Sequence record: SRR22947727_1096
Reading direction: 5' to 3' (one strand)
DNA: 46,806 bases
How positions within the stretch are numbered: the stretch's first letter is position 1; each line of letters opens with the position of its first letter. Below are positions 9,959 to 21,039 of the stretch, piece by piece. The notes below the pieces were generated by a model. That model did no database searches. It was not told the origin of the DNA and worked only from the letters and a program-made list of their open reading frames with translations. Position numbers and translations under genes: made by a program.

Positions 9959-10540
9959 TTATATTAAATTTGTTAATTTTCTAAAATGACTTCTGCACAC
10001 TACTTTATACACATCATTCCCGCCAAGCTGAACCTGCGAGCCCTCAGTGACAATTTGACCTTCCTCATTTAGCCTCACTACCATAGTTGCCTTTCTAGGA
10101 CATTCTGAACAAACAGTTTTTAGTTCAATAAGGTTATCAGCTAATGCAAGCAAGGCTGAGCTTCCTTCAAACAACTCCCCTCTAAAGTCAGTTCTTATTC
10201 CGTAGCACATGACAGGTATATTCAATGAATCAGCAACCTCACTTAATTCGTGTATTTGTTTTGTGGATAAAAACTGAGCTTCGTCTATTAAAATACAGTG
10301 AATAACTTGATCACTGAGTTTTTTAATACTTTCATAAAAATTATATTTTGAATTAACTATTATGGCATCTGCCTCAAGACCAATCCTAGAAACAATCCTT
10401 CCTTTATTAAAATCTTCATCTTCTTTTGGAACAAATAAAAGAGTATTCAAATTATTTTCAAGATAGTTGTGATTTGATTGAAGCAATGAGGTAGATTTAC
10501 CTGCATTCATTGTTGAATAAAAATAATGAAGTTTTGCCAT
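9959..10540 (-). CDS. tdk: Thymidine kinase
   Basis: MAKLHYFYSTMNAGKSTSLLQ, IDEAQFL, YGIRTDFRGELFEGS, Zn-lasso cysteines. Confidence 0.97.
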   Translation of the reverse strand: MAKLHYFYSTMNAGKSTSLLQSNHNYLENNLNTLLFVPKEDEDFNKGRIVSRIGLEADAIIVNSKYNFYESIKKLSDQVIHCILIDEAQFLSTKQIHELSEVADSLNIPVMCYGIRTDFRGELFEGSSALLALADNLIELKTVCSECPRKATMVVRLNEEGQIVTEGSQVQLGGNDVYKVVCRSHFRKLTNLI

Positions 10541-10578
10541 GTATTGAAATTTATATTATGTAACTGCAATAATAGTCC

Positions 10579-10812
10579 ATGAACGTTTTTCAAGAAAGAG
10601 GAATAACACATTTAGATCTTCACGGTGTGCGACATCATGAGGTCAAGGATGATGTAATAGATTTTTGTTACCAACATCAAGGCGACATTCCTCTAATAAT
10701 AATATGCGGTAACAGTGTTAATATGATTAAGATAGTTTCGCAAACCCTTGATGAGGATCAAATTGAATACTCTTCTCCAAGATTTGGTATTATCAGGATA
10801 GAAAAAATATAG
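10579..10812 (+). CDS. Small stand-alone Smr-domain protein
   Basis: LDLHG and IICGNS motifs, 77 aa. Confidence 0.7.
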   Translation: MNVFQERGITHLDLHGVRHHEVKDDVIDFCYQHQGDIPLIIICGNSVNMIKIVSQTLDEDQIEYSSPRFGIIRIEKI

Positions 10813-10818
10813 GACTTT

Positions 10819-11976
10819 ATGAATAACTTAGACATTCTTCAACTAGACAAACAATTAACATCAGAAGAGCTTCTGATTAAAGATACTGCTAAACAGTATG
10901 CTCAGGAATCTTTAATGCCAAGAGTTTTGCTTTCCAATAGGAATGAAACCTTTGATAGAGATATTTATTATGAGCTTGGTGAGCTTGGTCTCTTAGGTGC
11001 AACTATAAATGGTTATGGGTGTGCTGGTGTTGGATATGTTGCCTATGGATTAATTGCTAGAGAAATTGAGAAAGTTGATTCAGGTTATAGATCTGCATAC
11101 AGCGTGCAAACTTCTTTAGCAATGAATGCTATATATGAATTCGGTTCGGATGATCAAAAAAATAAATACCTTCCAAAAATGGCCAAAGGAGAACTTCTTG
11201 GGTGTTTTGGATTAACTGAGCCTGACGCTGGTTCAGACCCTGGGTCAATGAAGTCAAATGCAAAAAAGACTGAGGATGGCTATCTTTTAAATGGATCAAA
11301 GACTTGGATAACCAATTCACCAATTGCTGATGTATTAATTATTTGGGCAAAAGATGAAGGCGGTGTTCTGAGAGGCTTTATCTTAGAAAAAGGAATGGAA
11401 GGCTTAACAACTCCAAAAATTGAGGGTAAGTTTGCTTTAAGAGCATCTATAACAGGCCAAATTTTCATGGAGGATGTTTTTGTACCAGAAGAAAATATGC
11501 TTCCTGAAGTTCAAAGTTTTAAAGGCCCTTTTTCTTGTTTGAATTACGCAAGGTACGGAATTGCATGGGGTTCACTTGGTGCTGCAGAGTTTTGTTGGGA
11601 AGCAGCTTTGGAATATTCAAAGAACAGAGTCCAGTTTGGCAAGCCTCTTGCTTCTAAACAAATTGTTCAAATTAAACTTGCTAACATGCAAACAGAAATA
11701 GCTATAGGTCTTCAATCAGTATTAAGAGTTGGAAGGCTGATAGAAGAGGGGGCATTTATTCCCGAGATGATTTCACTAGTAAAACGAAATAACTGCTCAA
11801 AGTCTCTGAATATTGCTCGAGTAGCAAGAGATATACATGGTGGAAATGGAATAAGTGATGAGTATCATGTTATCAGGCACTGTATGAACTTAGAGGCAGT
11901 TAATACTTATGAAGGGACTGAAGACGTTCATGGCCTGATACTAGGAAAGTATCAGACCAATATTGGCGCCTTTTAA
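10819..11976 (+). CDS. gcdH: Glutaryl-CoA dehydrogenase
   Basis: [55 protein letters not shown]. Confidence 0.93.
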   Translation: MNNLDILQLDKQLTSEELLIKDTAKQYAQESLMPRVLLSNRNETFDRDIYYELGELGLLGATINGYGCAGVGYVAYGLIAREIEKVDSGYRSAYSVQTSLAMNAIYEFGSDDQKNKYLPKMAKGELLGCFGLTEPDAGSDPGSMKSNAKKTEDGYLLNGSKTWITNSPIADVLIIWAKDEGGVLRGFILEKGMEGLTTPKIEGKFALRASITGQIFMEDVFVPEENMLPEVQSFKGPFSCLNYARYGIAWGSLGAAEFCWEAALEYSKNRVQFGKPLASKQIVQIKLANMQTEIAIGLQSVLRVGRLIEEGAFIPEMISLVKRNNCSKSLNIARVARDIHGGNGISDEYHVIRHCMNLEAVNTYEGTEDVHGLILGKYQTNIGAF

Positions 11977-14033
11977 TTCTTTAAATATTTATCAATAAAC
12001 TCTTCTTGTATTTCTAAGTATTCTAGAGCCGCCCTTTCTTGACACCCAGTTACACAATGGCCAGCTTTTGCTTGGAACATCGCCATATACTCTTTATTTA
12101 AAGATTTCAGTTTATCAATTAAGTCCTCTGCATGTCTTGGTTCCACAGTCCTATCATTAGAACCTTGAAGAATAAGAACAGGAGCTTGTATATTTTTAAC
12201 AAAGTTTACTGGAGAAGATGACAGGGCATATGCCTTACCTTCTTCTGTAGAAATATCCCCCCATTCCAGAAGAGGTTCCTCATCCCATGATTGGCGAATA
12301 CTAGCTCTATTTGCAAAATTCTCAAGAATTTGAATTTGATCAGTAACACCAATTGCATTGATACCACATCTATATAAGTCAGGTGTGAATGTTAATCCAG
12401 CCATGGTTGCATAACCCCCATAACTTGCTCCAACAATACAAACCCTATCTTCATCCGCGTAACCATTTTCAATAGCCCAAGCCACACCGTCTGAAATATC
12501 ATCTTGCATGCTTTTACCCCACTCTTGATTTCCTAATACATAATGGTTAGTTCCAAGACCAGTAGAGCCTCTAAAGTCGGGTTGAAGAATATTTACACCT
12601 CTGCTTGTAAAAAACTGTACCCATGAGTCATAGCCAATATACTGTTTTGTATTGGGTCCACCATGAGGCATTATCATAAAATAATTTTTATCAGTTTTAA
12701 CTTTAGAAAGTGTTAGAAGAGCTGGTATCTCAAGACCATCTCTAGCCGTGTATCTAACCTCTATCGCTTTAGAAAGCTTTGATCTATCTAACCATGGCCT
12801 AGTTTTAAATAATGACTGAACCGAACCTTTTACCAAATCAACAAGAAAGTACTCTCCAGGTTCATGAGTTCCCCAGATTCGAGCTACCATTCTTTTTCTA
12901 TCAGAGCTTGAAGATACTATGCTTACATTATGATCTGGGAACACTGACTTAACAGTTAAGTAAGCCTCTTCAGATTTTTTGTTAAAAAATATCTTTTCAG
13001 GCTGCAATGATTCGTAACTTATTGAAGAAATCTCACCAGACATTCTGTCGTTAGACGCACCACCACTAGCTTGTCTACAACTTCCAGTTAATCCAGAAAC
13101 GTCATAATCTGGATCTTGATATAATTTATCTCCAAATGTTTTGGTCTTATGGTCGTATAAATAAATAGCATTAGTATCATTTTCTTCAATCAAGACTCCG
13201 TTAGGGCTAAACTTTGAACCTGATACAACCATCTTTCCTTTATAAGTACCTATAGGAACAAAGCCAGGCTCTTGGCAATTGAAAGAAAAATGCTCAACCC
13301 ACTCTTTTGAATCTTTTTTATATTCATAGAGAATTCTTTTTAAGCCATGATCTAGTAGAATGCCTAGCGGATATCCATCTGTATCAGTTATTTGGCCTAG
13401 AGTTGCAACACCCCTCATATCACCAATTGATGGACCAAATGCGATTGTTTCTTTTTTCCCAGTATATACATTAAGCTTAAAGTAATCCCAGATAAACGGA
13501 CGCCTTTCATTGTTTAGTATATAGATATGTTCAGGGTCATCATATGCTATGTCATAAACTTCACTTGAACTTCCTGCATTTCTTTCTAGAATTATTTTTT
13601 GTCTTTTGCCATCTAGATTCATTGCTTTTGTAACAATTTTTTTCTGTCCCATTTTATAAGCAGGCCTATACCAAATCCTATTATTATTAAGCCAACCAGC
13701 AGCAGATATTTTATCACTGTCTTTTCCTTGACTTAATGTCTTGGTCTCACCAGTATCTAAGTTCCATAAAATTAAACCATTGTCATAAGCCTCATCCTCA
13801 ACGTATTTGCTGTAATCTTGTTCTATATCACATACATTATCTTTAATAGTATTCTGGATAAGCATATGCTTACCATCAGGTGAGATAGAAAAACTTGCCT
13901 GATTACTCCTACATGCAAAGTGTTCTAAAGGAGTTGAGTCATCAAATGCTAAAATATTTTGATTCATCAAGCCAAAAGAAATTAATAATGAAAGCATAGA
14001 AAGATTAAATTTTGACATATTGTTTTTGGACAT
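11973..14033 (-). CDS. Exported S9 family (prolyl oligopeptidase-like) peptidase
   Basis: Signal peptide, propeller N-domain, [20 protein letters not shown] (Ser), GSNDRTV (Asp), AGH (His). Start may be 14033 or 14018. Confidence 0.92.
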   Translation of the reverse strand: MSKNNMSKFNLSMLSLLISFGLMNQNILAFDDSTPLEHFACRSNQASFSISPDGKHMLIQNTIKDNVCDIEQDYSKYVEDEAYDNGLILWNLDTGETKTLSQGKDSDKISAAGWLNNNRIWYRPAYKMGQKKIVTKAMNLDGKRQKIILERNAGSSSEVYDIAYDDPEHIYILNNERRPFIWDYFKLNVYTGKKETIAFGPSIGDMRGVATLGQITDTDGYPLGILLDHGLKRILYEYKKDSKEWVEHFSFNCQEPGFVPIGTYKGKMVVSGSKFSPNGVLIEENDTNAIYLYDHKTKTFGDKLYQDPDYDVSGLTGSCRQASGGASNDRMSGEISSISYESLQPEKIFFNKKSEEAYLTVKSVFPDHNVSIVSSSSDRKRMVARIWGTHEPGEYFLVDLVKGSVQSLFKTRPWLDRSKLSKAIEVRYTARDGLEIPALLTLSKVKTDKNYFMIMPHGGPNTKQYIGYDSWVQFFTSRGVNILQPDFRGSTGLGTNHYVLGNQEWGKSMQDDISDGVAWAIENGYADEDRVCIVGASYGGYATMAGLTFTPDLYRCGINAIGVTDQIQILENFANRASIRQSWDEEPLLEWGDISTEEGKAYALSSSPVNFVKNIQAPVLILQGSNDRTVEPRHAEDLIDKLKSLNKEYMAMFQAKAGHCVTGCQERAALEYLEIQEEFIDKYLKN

Positions 14034-14259
14034 AAGAAGTTAATAAATTTATTGAATATCTTAATTTTATTATCTCATTATAAAATGTCAAGTCTTGTTT
14101 ACATTGTTAATTGAAGAATTTTAAGTTGTTAGTTATCAATCTATTTGTATATTCTAGCTAACATTAGAATTATCCTTTGCTTATTACTAATAAAGTGTTG
14201 CAATTTCAGCACAAGAACAGCAAAATAGGGTGTTTAACTTATTTTACGAGGGGATTCGT

Positions 14260-17200
14260 ATGAAAAATTTTTATTTATTAATGGCATTTGCCTTTATATT
14301 CACACCATTTGCAATTGCAGATAACCCAGGTGTAGAAGATGAAGTAACAAATCCTGTTGTTGAGGAATCAGCTCCAGTTGTTGAGGAAGAGGTTGTAGCG
14401 GAAGAAACAACTTCTAGTTCTACAGAGTCTGATGATGAGGTTGTAAGTCTTGAAAAAGTTATTGTTACTGGATCAAGAATTAAAAGAACGCAAACAGAAG
14501 GTGCTTTACCTGTTTTAGTTATAACTAAAGAAGACATAAGCAATTCAGGTTTTAGAAACGTTACCGAAGCCCTTCAGGCTATTCCTTCTGCAAACCAATA
14601 TACTCAGAACGAATCTCTAACAAACAACTTTACTCCTAATGCTAATGAGCTTGACCTAAGAAACTTAGGGCCTGGAAGAGTGTTGTATCTTATTAATGGA
14701 AGAAGAACAGCTGATTATCCAGTACCTTATAACAATGCTGGTAACATAGTGAACATAGGAACAGTTCCTTCAGGACTAGTTGAAAGAATTGAGGTATTGT
14801 CTCAAGGTGCTTCAGCTATTTATGGATCAGATGCAGTTTCTGGTGTTGTTAATGTTATTACTGTTAAAGGCAGAGAGACAAGTAATTTAGAAATTTATGC
14901 TTCTGAAACAGAGCACGGTGGGGATAATATTGTTCAAGCAACATTTACAACTGGTGGATTCTTTGGAAATTCTAGTTGGACATTAGGTATTGACGGAACA
15001 ATGGTTGATCCTATGTATTATGAAGACAGAGAAGGTTTTGACTCTTTTGTATATGACGCAGCATACGGTCAAAGCTACACTAACCCAAGAGCAGGTTTGC
15101 TTTGGTATACAGGTTCAGATGGTCTAGGACCAAGAGCTTATTATGGCTCAGAAGAATTTGGAATCCCTTGTTCAACAATTTCTCCTGACTATTTTGACTT
15201 TGATAAACAAGAGGCTGAATGGTTATATAATGGTTCATATCCAGGACATTATTGTGGTCATGACTATGGTGGAGATCGATTTGGTGGAACATCATCATCC
15301 ATAGTTAATGAAAGAGAAGATCTTTCAATCATGGCTTCATTTACTCATACATTTGACAATGGAATTAACTTAGATGCTAGATATTATAACTATCATGATG
15401 AAGCTTATTACAGATCAAGTGTTAATAGATATATATCTATGTCTGGTGGTATTTTAGATCCTCAGAGAATTGGTGAGTTGACATCAACTTCAACAGATCC
15501 AGTTAATAATGTTCCTCTAGCAAATGCTGCATTAACAGTTCCTTATTTTGTAAGATATTTCTCAGCTAATAATGCACCAAATGCAGAAGCTAGATCAGAT
15601 ATTGAAGAAGATATGAGTGATATGTTTATTGGTCTTTCAGGAACAACTAATCAAGGTTGGGAATGGTCTGTTGGCTGGAATTCAACTGAATATACTTATG
15701 CAACTTCAAATCAAACATTTACAGATAAAATGTATGACTATTTTGCAGGTGTTGGTGCAACAGATGCAGATGGTAATCTTTTAAGAGGTTCATACAGAGC
15801 TTATACATCACCATATAACCCTGCTGACTATGGTTTTGATAATTATGATGATTTTGCTGCAAACTTTGGTCTTTCAAGAGATCCAGTGTGTGGATGGCAG
15901 AATCAGTTCGGTAGAAGCTCATGTTTCTTAGCTGACAGATTATTCGGTGAAGTCACTAATGAAATGCTTGGTTCATGGTTAGCAGACGATTCACAGTTAG
16001 CTGACTCTAACCAAACAACTGTTGATTTCCAACTCGCAGGTGAGTTTGAGCTAATGAATAAATTTGTTGGTTTCGCTGTAACGGCAGAACATCAATCACA
16101 GAATTATTCACTAACACCAGCTCCTGGTAGATTGGATAACGATGATGATCCTGATGCAATTGTATTTATCCAAGGATCTGCTATTAATGGTGGTGGTAAA
16201 AGAGAAAGAACATCTCTAGGCTTAGAGCTTGCTTCTCAAGTTACTGATAAGTTAGAGGTAAACGTGGCTTCAAGATATGATGGCTATGACGATGCTTCTT
16301 CTAATGTTGGATCAAGAAGATCTAATATGTTTAGTTTTGCATACAGACCAAATGATGACGTTTTAGTTAGAGGTTCAATCTCAGAGTCATTTAGAGCTCC
16401 GGACATGAACTACCTGTTCCAAGAAGCAAGTTCAGGTTTCTACAATGGATTCCAAGACTATGTTGCATGTTATGCATATTACGTAAGTGATCCTACTACA
16501 TACAATTACACAGACTATAGAGATTGTGAAGTTGGATCAGGAAGTGTTAAAGCTAACCTATCTGGAAACTCTTCTCTTGAAGAGGAAGAAGGTGAGAACT
16601 TTCAACTTGGTTTAGTTTGGAACATCACTGAAAACTTAGATTTCACTATTGACTTGTACGAAGTAATGCTTGAAAGAGCTGTTACTAGAGAGAGTCCTTA
16701 TACAATCAACTATGCAGAAGGTAAATGTACTTATGGAGATGCTTTCCAAGAATTCATGAGAGATGAATTCCCTGACAGAAATTGTGCTGATGTATATTCT
16801 CAAATCATTCGTGGAGATGCGACAGATTCAATTACTGGTGACGTTTTGCCTATAGGGGCTTTTGAAGAAGTATTCCCAAGATACTCTAATCAGTCATACT
16901 TAAACTATGAAGGTGCTGACTGGAGCATGAATTATAGATATGAAACTCTCAATGCGGGTGACTTCTACTTCGCAGTTTCATCATCACATATTCTAAAAAG
17001 CGCTTCTAAGTTTGATGATTACTCTGATGAGCAAGATGCATTAGATGTATATTTATATGAGCCAAGATCTCAGCAGAATGCTAGCGTGAGATGGGTTTAT
17101 GAAGATTGGTCAGTAAGCTTATTTGCTGATAGAACAGGTCACATGGAAGCATATAATGGAACTAAAACAGAGCCACATATAATCATGAATCTATCTACAA

Positions 17201-17361
17201 GCTATAGATATAGCCCTGATTTAAGTTTTTATCTTAGTGTAAGAAACCTAGAAGATAAGATGCCTCAAAAAGATGCAGCTTATGGTTTCCCTTACTATAA
17301 TCAAAACTACTTCAGTGCATTTGGTAGATATATCACTGTTGGTGGTAGCTACACATTCTAA
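14260..17361 (+). CDS. TonB-dependent receptor
   Basis: ATG 14260 with SD gagggg. Signal peptide, TonB box EKVIVTGSRI, plug LRNLG..R.L.LINGRR and ERIEVL..GASAIYGSDAV.GVVN, FRAP, C-terminal GRYITVGGSYTF. Confidence 0.97.
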   Translation: MKNFYLLMAFAFIFTPFAIADNPGVEDEVTNPVVEESAPVVEEEVVAEETTSSSTESDDEVVSLEKVIVTGSRIKRTQTEGALPVLVITKEDISNSGFRNVTEALQAIPSANQYTQNESLTNNFTPNANELDLRNLGPGRVLYLINGRRTADYPVPYNNAGNIVNIGTVPSGLVERIEVLSQGASAIYGSDAVSGVVNVITVKGRETSNLEIYASETEHGGDNIVQATFTTGGFFGNSSWTLGIDGTMVDPMYYEDREGFDSFVYDAAYGQSYTNPRAGLLWYTGSDGLGPRAYYGSEEFGIPCSTISPDYFDFDKQEAEWLYNGSYPGHYCGHDYGGDRFGGTSSSIVNEREDLSIMASFTHTFDNGINLDARYYNYHDEAYYRSSVNRYISMSGGILDPQRIGELTSTSTDPVNNVPLANAALTVPYFVRYFSANNAPNAEARSDIEEDMSDMFIGLSGTTNQGWEWSVGWNSTEYTYATSNQTFTDKMYDYFAGVGATDADGNLLRGSYRAYTSPYNPADYGFDNYDDFAANFGLSRDPVCGWQNQFGRSSCFLADRLFGEVTNEMLGSWLADDSQLADSNQTTVDFQLAGEFELMNKFVGFAVTAEHQSQNYSLTPAPGRLDNDDDPDAIVFIQGSAINGGGKRERTSLGLELASQVTDKLEVNVASRYDGYDDASSNVGSRRSNMFSFAYRPNDDVLVRGSISESFRAPDMNYLFQEASSGFYNGFQDYVACYAYYVSDPTTYNYTDYRDCEVGSGSVKANLSGNSSLEEEEGENFQLGLVWNITENLDFTIDLYEVMLERAVTRESPYTINYAEGKCTYGDAFQEFMRDEFPDRNCADVYSQIIRGDATDSITGDVLPIGAFEEVFPRYSNQSYLNYEGADWSMNYRYETLNAGDFYFAVSSSHILKSASKFDDYSDEQDALDVYLYEPRSQQNASVRWVYEDWSVSLFADRTGHMEAYNGTKTEPHIIMNLSTSYRYSPDLSFYLSVRNLEDKMPQKDAAYGFPYYNQNYFSAFGRYITVGGSYTF

Positions 17362-17375
17362 TAAATTAGAATACT

Positions 17376-17405
17376 AAAAAGAGCCCTATATGGGCTCTTT
17401 TTTTT
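17376..17405 (+). terminator. Rho-independent terminator after the TBDR
   Basis: aaaaagagccc-tatat-gggctcttttt followed by a T run. Confidence 0.9.
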
Positions 17406-17443
17406 GGGATGAAATATAACTACTTTATATATATAATACCGCT

Positions 17444-18184
17444 ATGAAAAATCTAATACTTGCACTTCTTTCTTTTCCTTTAATCTCGCAAGAGATAGTA
17501 AATGAAACAATTAATACTCAGGTCGAGTCCAGTCAGGCTTCTGCTCAATTGCAAATTAAAATCGATGAGCTAGACGTCGAATCAAAAAAAATATATTTTG
17601 AATATAAAGATACATTAAATGAATACAACTCTCTTAAGAGCTATGACGATCAATTATCACAGATTGTGGACGCTCAAATTATAGAAATGGAAAGCATTAA
17701 TGAGCAGATAGATTCTTTAGATGATGTAAATATAGATATATTACCCTTACTTAAAAGAATGATTGATGCACTTGGTAAATTTATATCTATAGATATTCCT
17801 TTTCTAATTGATGAGAGAACAGCAAGAGTTTCAGATCTTGATGCTCTTATAGTAAGAGCTGATATTACAACTGCAGAAAAGTTTAGAAAAATATTTGAGG
17901 CATATCAATTAGAGGCTGAGTTTGGAAAAACAATAGAGGCTTATCAAGGCTATTTAACTCTAGATGGAGCAGAACTTGCTGTAGATTATTTTAGACTCGG
18001 TAGACTGGGACTTTTCTACAGAACTCCAGATGGAAAGGATACTGGATATTGGGACGCATCGTCAAAAGACTGGAATCATCAAGGCTCATCTTTGAACAGC
18101 AAACTTAAATCAGCATTAGATATTGCTAACAGACAATCTCCTCCAAACTTTATAACACTTCCATTAAAACCAATTACACAATGA
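17444..18184 (+). CDS. DUF3450 family protein (TtpB-like)
   Basis: DIPFLIDERTARV, AEKFRKIFEAYQLE.EFGKTIE.Y.G, FRLGRLGL; first gene of the TonB cluster. Confidence 0.9.
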   Translation: MKNLILALLSFPLISQEIVNETINTQVESSQASAQLQIKIDELDVESKKIYFEYKDTLNEYNSLKSYDDQLSQIVDAQIIEMESINEQIDSLDDVNIDILPLLKRMIDALGKFISIDIPFLIDERTARVSDLDALIVRADITTAEKFRKIFEAYQLEAEFGKTIEAYQGYLTLDGAELAVDYFRLGRLGLFYRTPDGKDTGYWDASSKDWNHQGSSLNSKLKSALDIANRQSPPNFITLPLKPITQ

Positions 18185-19506
18185 AATATATACTAAACAT
18201 AAGCACACTTATTTTTTTAATAAGTTTTAACTTATCTGCTCAAGATGTTCCAGAGCTTACAGACGATGAGTTACGTAATATTGAAATCAATGAATTACTT
18301 GAATTGGTTAAGACAAATAAAAGTATATTTATTAATGAAGATAATAAGAGACTAAATTCATTTATCAATAAAGTTTCTGAAAGAAAGGCTCTTTTAAATG
18401 ATGCTAAAAATAAATTAAAAAATGAAAAGGAAAGAAATATTAAGCTTGAAGATTCTTTTGAGCAAAATGAAAAAACACTTGCTGATCTTGAAGAAAAGTT
18501 AGAAATAAAGGTAGGTGTTCTTGGAGAACTGTTTGGAGTTACAAGACAATACGCTGGAGAACTTTTAGCTGCCAGTGAAAACTCAGTAGTATTTTATGAG
18601 TTTCCAAATAGACCTTCGATTCTTAGAGATATAGGACAAGAAAAAGTTCATAACCTAAATCAACTTGAGAATTTATGGATATCTTATTTTGATGAAATAG
18701 TTGCTGGAAGCGAGATTAAAACATTTAAAGCAACAATTACATCTCCTAATGGAGAGAATATTGCTGGTGATATTACAAGATATGGTTTATTTTCTGCTTC
18801 CTATGATGGAAAATTTGTTAAACCTGTTTCTTCATTAAACTCATTTCAACTTCTTGCAAAGCAACCTGAAGGGACCTTCACAAAGACATTATCAAAGCAT
18901 AAGAGTGCAGATGAATATACCAATGTATCTATTGACCCAACCAGAGGGTTTCTACTATCTTTATATTTAGATAAAGCTAACTGGTTTGAGCGAATTGCTC
19001 AAGGTAAGTCAATTGGTTTTGTAATAATATTCATTGGCTTTATTGGCTTAGCTTTTAGCATTTTTAAGATTGTTAGATTAAGAGATTATTCCAATGAAGT
19101 GCTCACTGACGCACCGCAAAATATTCCATCACAAATGGAGTCACTAATTAAAGACGGAACTTCTCGCGAGTCCAAAGAAAATATTATTGATGAATTTATT
19201 ATCAATTACTCAGGAAAGATTGAATGGGGGAATAATTGGGTAAAATTCTTTGCTGCCGTAGCTCCATTATTAGGACTGCTTGGAACAGTTATAGGAATGA
19301 TCGAGACTTTCCAGGCCATAACACTATTTGGCACTGGTGATCCAAAACAAATGGCTGGTGGCATATCACAAGCACTTGTAACTACAATGCTTGGATTAAT
19401 AGTTGCTGCACCATTATTGGGAATGTATACATATCTGTCAGAGAAGACTGAATCCATTGTACAGGTGCTAGAAGAAAAGGCTTCTTACATTTTATCAAAG
19501 GATTAA
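18181..19506 (+). CDS. MotA/TolQ/ExbB family protein with long periplasmic N-terminus (TtpC-like)
   Basis: GELFGV.RQ, IDPTRG, APLLGLLGTV.GMIETFQAITLFGTGDPK.MAGGISQALVTT. Confidence 0.93.
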   Translation: MKYILNISTLIFLISFNLSAQDVPELTDDELRNIEINELLELVKTNKSIFINEDNKRLNSFINKVSERKALLNDAKNKLKNEKERNIKLEDSFEQNEKTLADLEEKLEIKVGVLGELFGVTRQYAGELLAASENSVVFYEFPNRPSILRDIGQEKVHNLNQLENLWISYFDEIVAGSEIKTFKATITSPNGENIAGDITRYGLFSASYDGKFVKPVSSLNSFQLLAKQPEGTFTKTLSKHKSADEYTNVSIDPTRGFLLSLYLDKANWFERIAQGKSIGFVIIFIGFIGLAFSIFKIVRLRDYSNEVLTDAPQNIPSQMESLIKDGTSRESKENIIDEFIINYSGKIEWGNNWVKFFAAVAPLLGLLGTVIGMIETFQAITLFGTGDPKQMAGGISQALVTTMLGLIVAAPLLGMYTYLSEKTESIVQVLEEKASYILSKD

Positions 19507-19509
19507 TAA

Positions 19510-20022
19510 GTGTTTTTAAATGAGCTAATAGTTAAAGGGGGACCGGTACTTTATCTGTTATTCTTTTTAACACTAATTATATTTACCGTTCTTATTAATA
19601 AGTACTATTTTGTTTTTATTGATAAAGACTCTTGGTATAAAGATAAACTAGATAATTTCTATACAGAGTTTCCACCATCTCACATGAAACTCTACAATGT
19701 AGAAAAAACTTTTTTATCAGAGTTCAGAAGAGATTCTTTATCAAATATTAAGCTTCTCGATGGTTTAATAGGTATGTGCCCAATGATTGGATTGCTTGGA
19801 ACTGTATATGGAATGATTGAGGTTTTTGAAGTCCTTTCATTTTTAGGAACTGGAAACCCAAGAGCTATGTCTTCTGGGGTAGCTAAGGCAACAATACCGA
19901 CCATGGCTAGTATGGTTATCACTTTATTTGGACTATATTTCAGACAAGATTTAACACAAAGAATCAACAAAACAACTGAACAAATGAAATTATTGATTAA
20001 ACAAAAAGGATATACACATTGA
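19510..20022 (+). CDS. exbB: ExbB proton channel
   Basis: GGPVL, CPMIGLLGTVYGMIEVF, MSSGVAKATIPTM. Confidence 0.9.
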   Translation: MFLNELIVKGGPVLYLLFFLTLIIFTVLINKYYFVFIDKDSWYKDKLDNFYTEFPPSHMKLYNVEKTFLSEFRRDSLSNIKLLDGLIGMCPMIGLLGTVYGMIEVFEVLSFLGTGNPRAMSSGVAKATIPTMASMVITLFGLYFRQDLTQRINKTTEQMKLLIKQKGYTH

Positions 20023-20423
20023 GAAGAAAGAATAGAAAAAAGGTTGAAGACTCAGCATTAGACTTAACTCCGATGATGGATATAGTTTTTATTATGCTAA
20101 TTTTCTTTATTGTTACAACGTCATTTGTAAAAGAAACAGGAGTAGATATAAATAGACCTAATGCAGAAACTGCAGAAAGAGACGAAAAAGGTAATATTCT
20201 CGTAGCCATAACCTCCAATAATGAGATATGGATTGATAAAAGAAGGGTTGATTTAAAAGCTGTTAGAGCAAATATAGAAAGGTTAAAGATAGAGTATCCT
20301 GGAGGTTCTGTGATTATTCAAGCTGATAAGGAATCTCGATCCGGTTTATTGGTTGAGGCCATGGATCAGATTAGACTTGCAGGAGTTCAAAATATCTCAA
20401 TAGCTGCAAAGAATGACAATTAA
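20019..20423 (+). CDS. exbD: Biopolymer transporter ExbD
   Basis: DLTPMMDIVFIMLIFFIVTTSFVKE, VIIQADK. Confidence 0.95.
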   Translation: MRRKNRKKVEDSALDLTPMMDIVFIMLIFFIVTTSFVKETGVDINRPNAETAERDEKGNILVAITSNNEIWIDKRRVDLKAVRANIERLKIEYPGGSVIIQADKESRSGLLVEAMDQIRLAGVQNISIAAKNDN

Positions 20424-21039
20424 TATTAAATTATTTTTAAGATTTGTTATTGCATTTTCAGTAACATGCATCATTTTTTTTATTATTCAAACACTAATCT
20501 CTCAAGCCTCTGAGCTTAATAAAAGGAATAAAGCTCCTAATTTCATTGAATTTATTCGAATTAAGCAAGATGACTCGTTGCAGGAAAGAAAAAGAACAAT
20601 ACCTGATAAACCTCCCACGCCCAAGAGACCACCTCAGCCACAGGTTGAGATAGATGTATCCAAACCGCCTCCTACTGCTAATTTAGATTTTGATATGCCA
20701 GATTTTTCACTCCCTACTGATTTTTCAGGAGCCTTTATGGGTAACTTAGAATCTATGGGTACTGGAACTAGTCAACTTATTCCTATTGTAAAGGTTGCCC
20801 CTAGGTGTCCAAGAGAGGCTCAAATTTCTGGGATAGATGGCTCAGTTACTCTTTTATTAAATGTAAATTCAAATGGAAGGGTTAGCACTATTCAAGTTAA
20901 ATCTGCTAAACCTACTCGAGTTTTTAATTCAGAGGCAATTAAAGCAGTTAAAAGATGGCAATTCAAACCTAAAACTATTGATGGTATTGCTGTAGATCAG
21001 AAGGGTGAATTACTAGTGGAGTTTAGTTGCAATGTTTAG
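20413..21039 (+). CDS. tonB: Energy transducer TonB
   Basis: N-terminal TM, Pro-rich linker, C-terminal domain (PREA..GIDG.V, F..EA.KAV.RWQFKP). Confidence 0.93.
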   Translation: MTINIKLFLRFVIAFSVTCIIFFIIQTLISQASELNKRNKAPNFIEFIRIKQDDSLQERKRTIPDKPPTPKRPPQPQVEIDVSKPPPTANLDFDMPDFSLPTDFSGAFMGNLESMGTGTSQLIPIVKVAPRCPREAQISGIDGSVTLLLNVNSNGRVSTIQVKSAKPTRVFNSEAIKAVKRWQFKPKTIDGIAVDQKGELLVEFSCNV

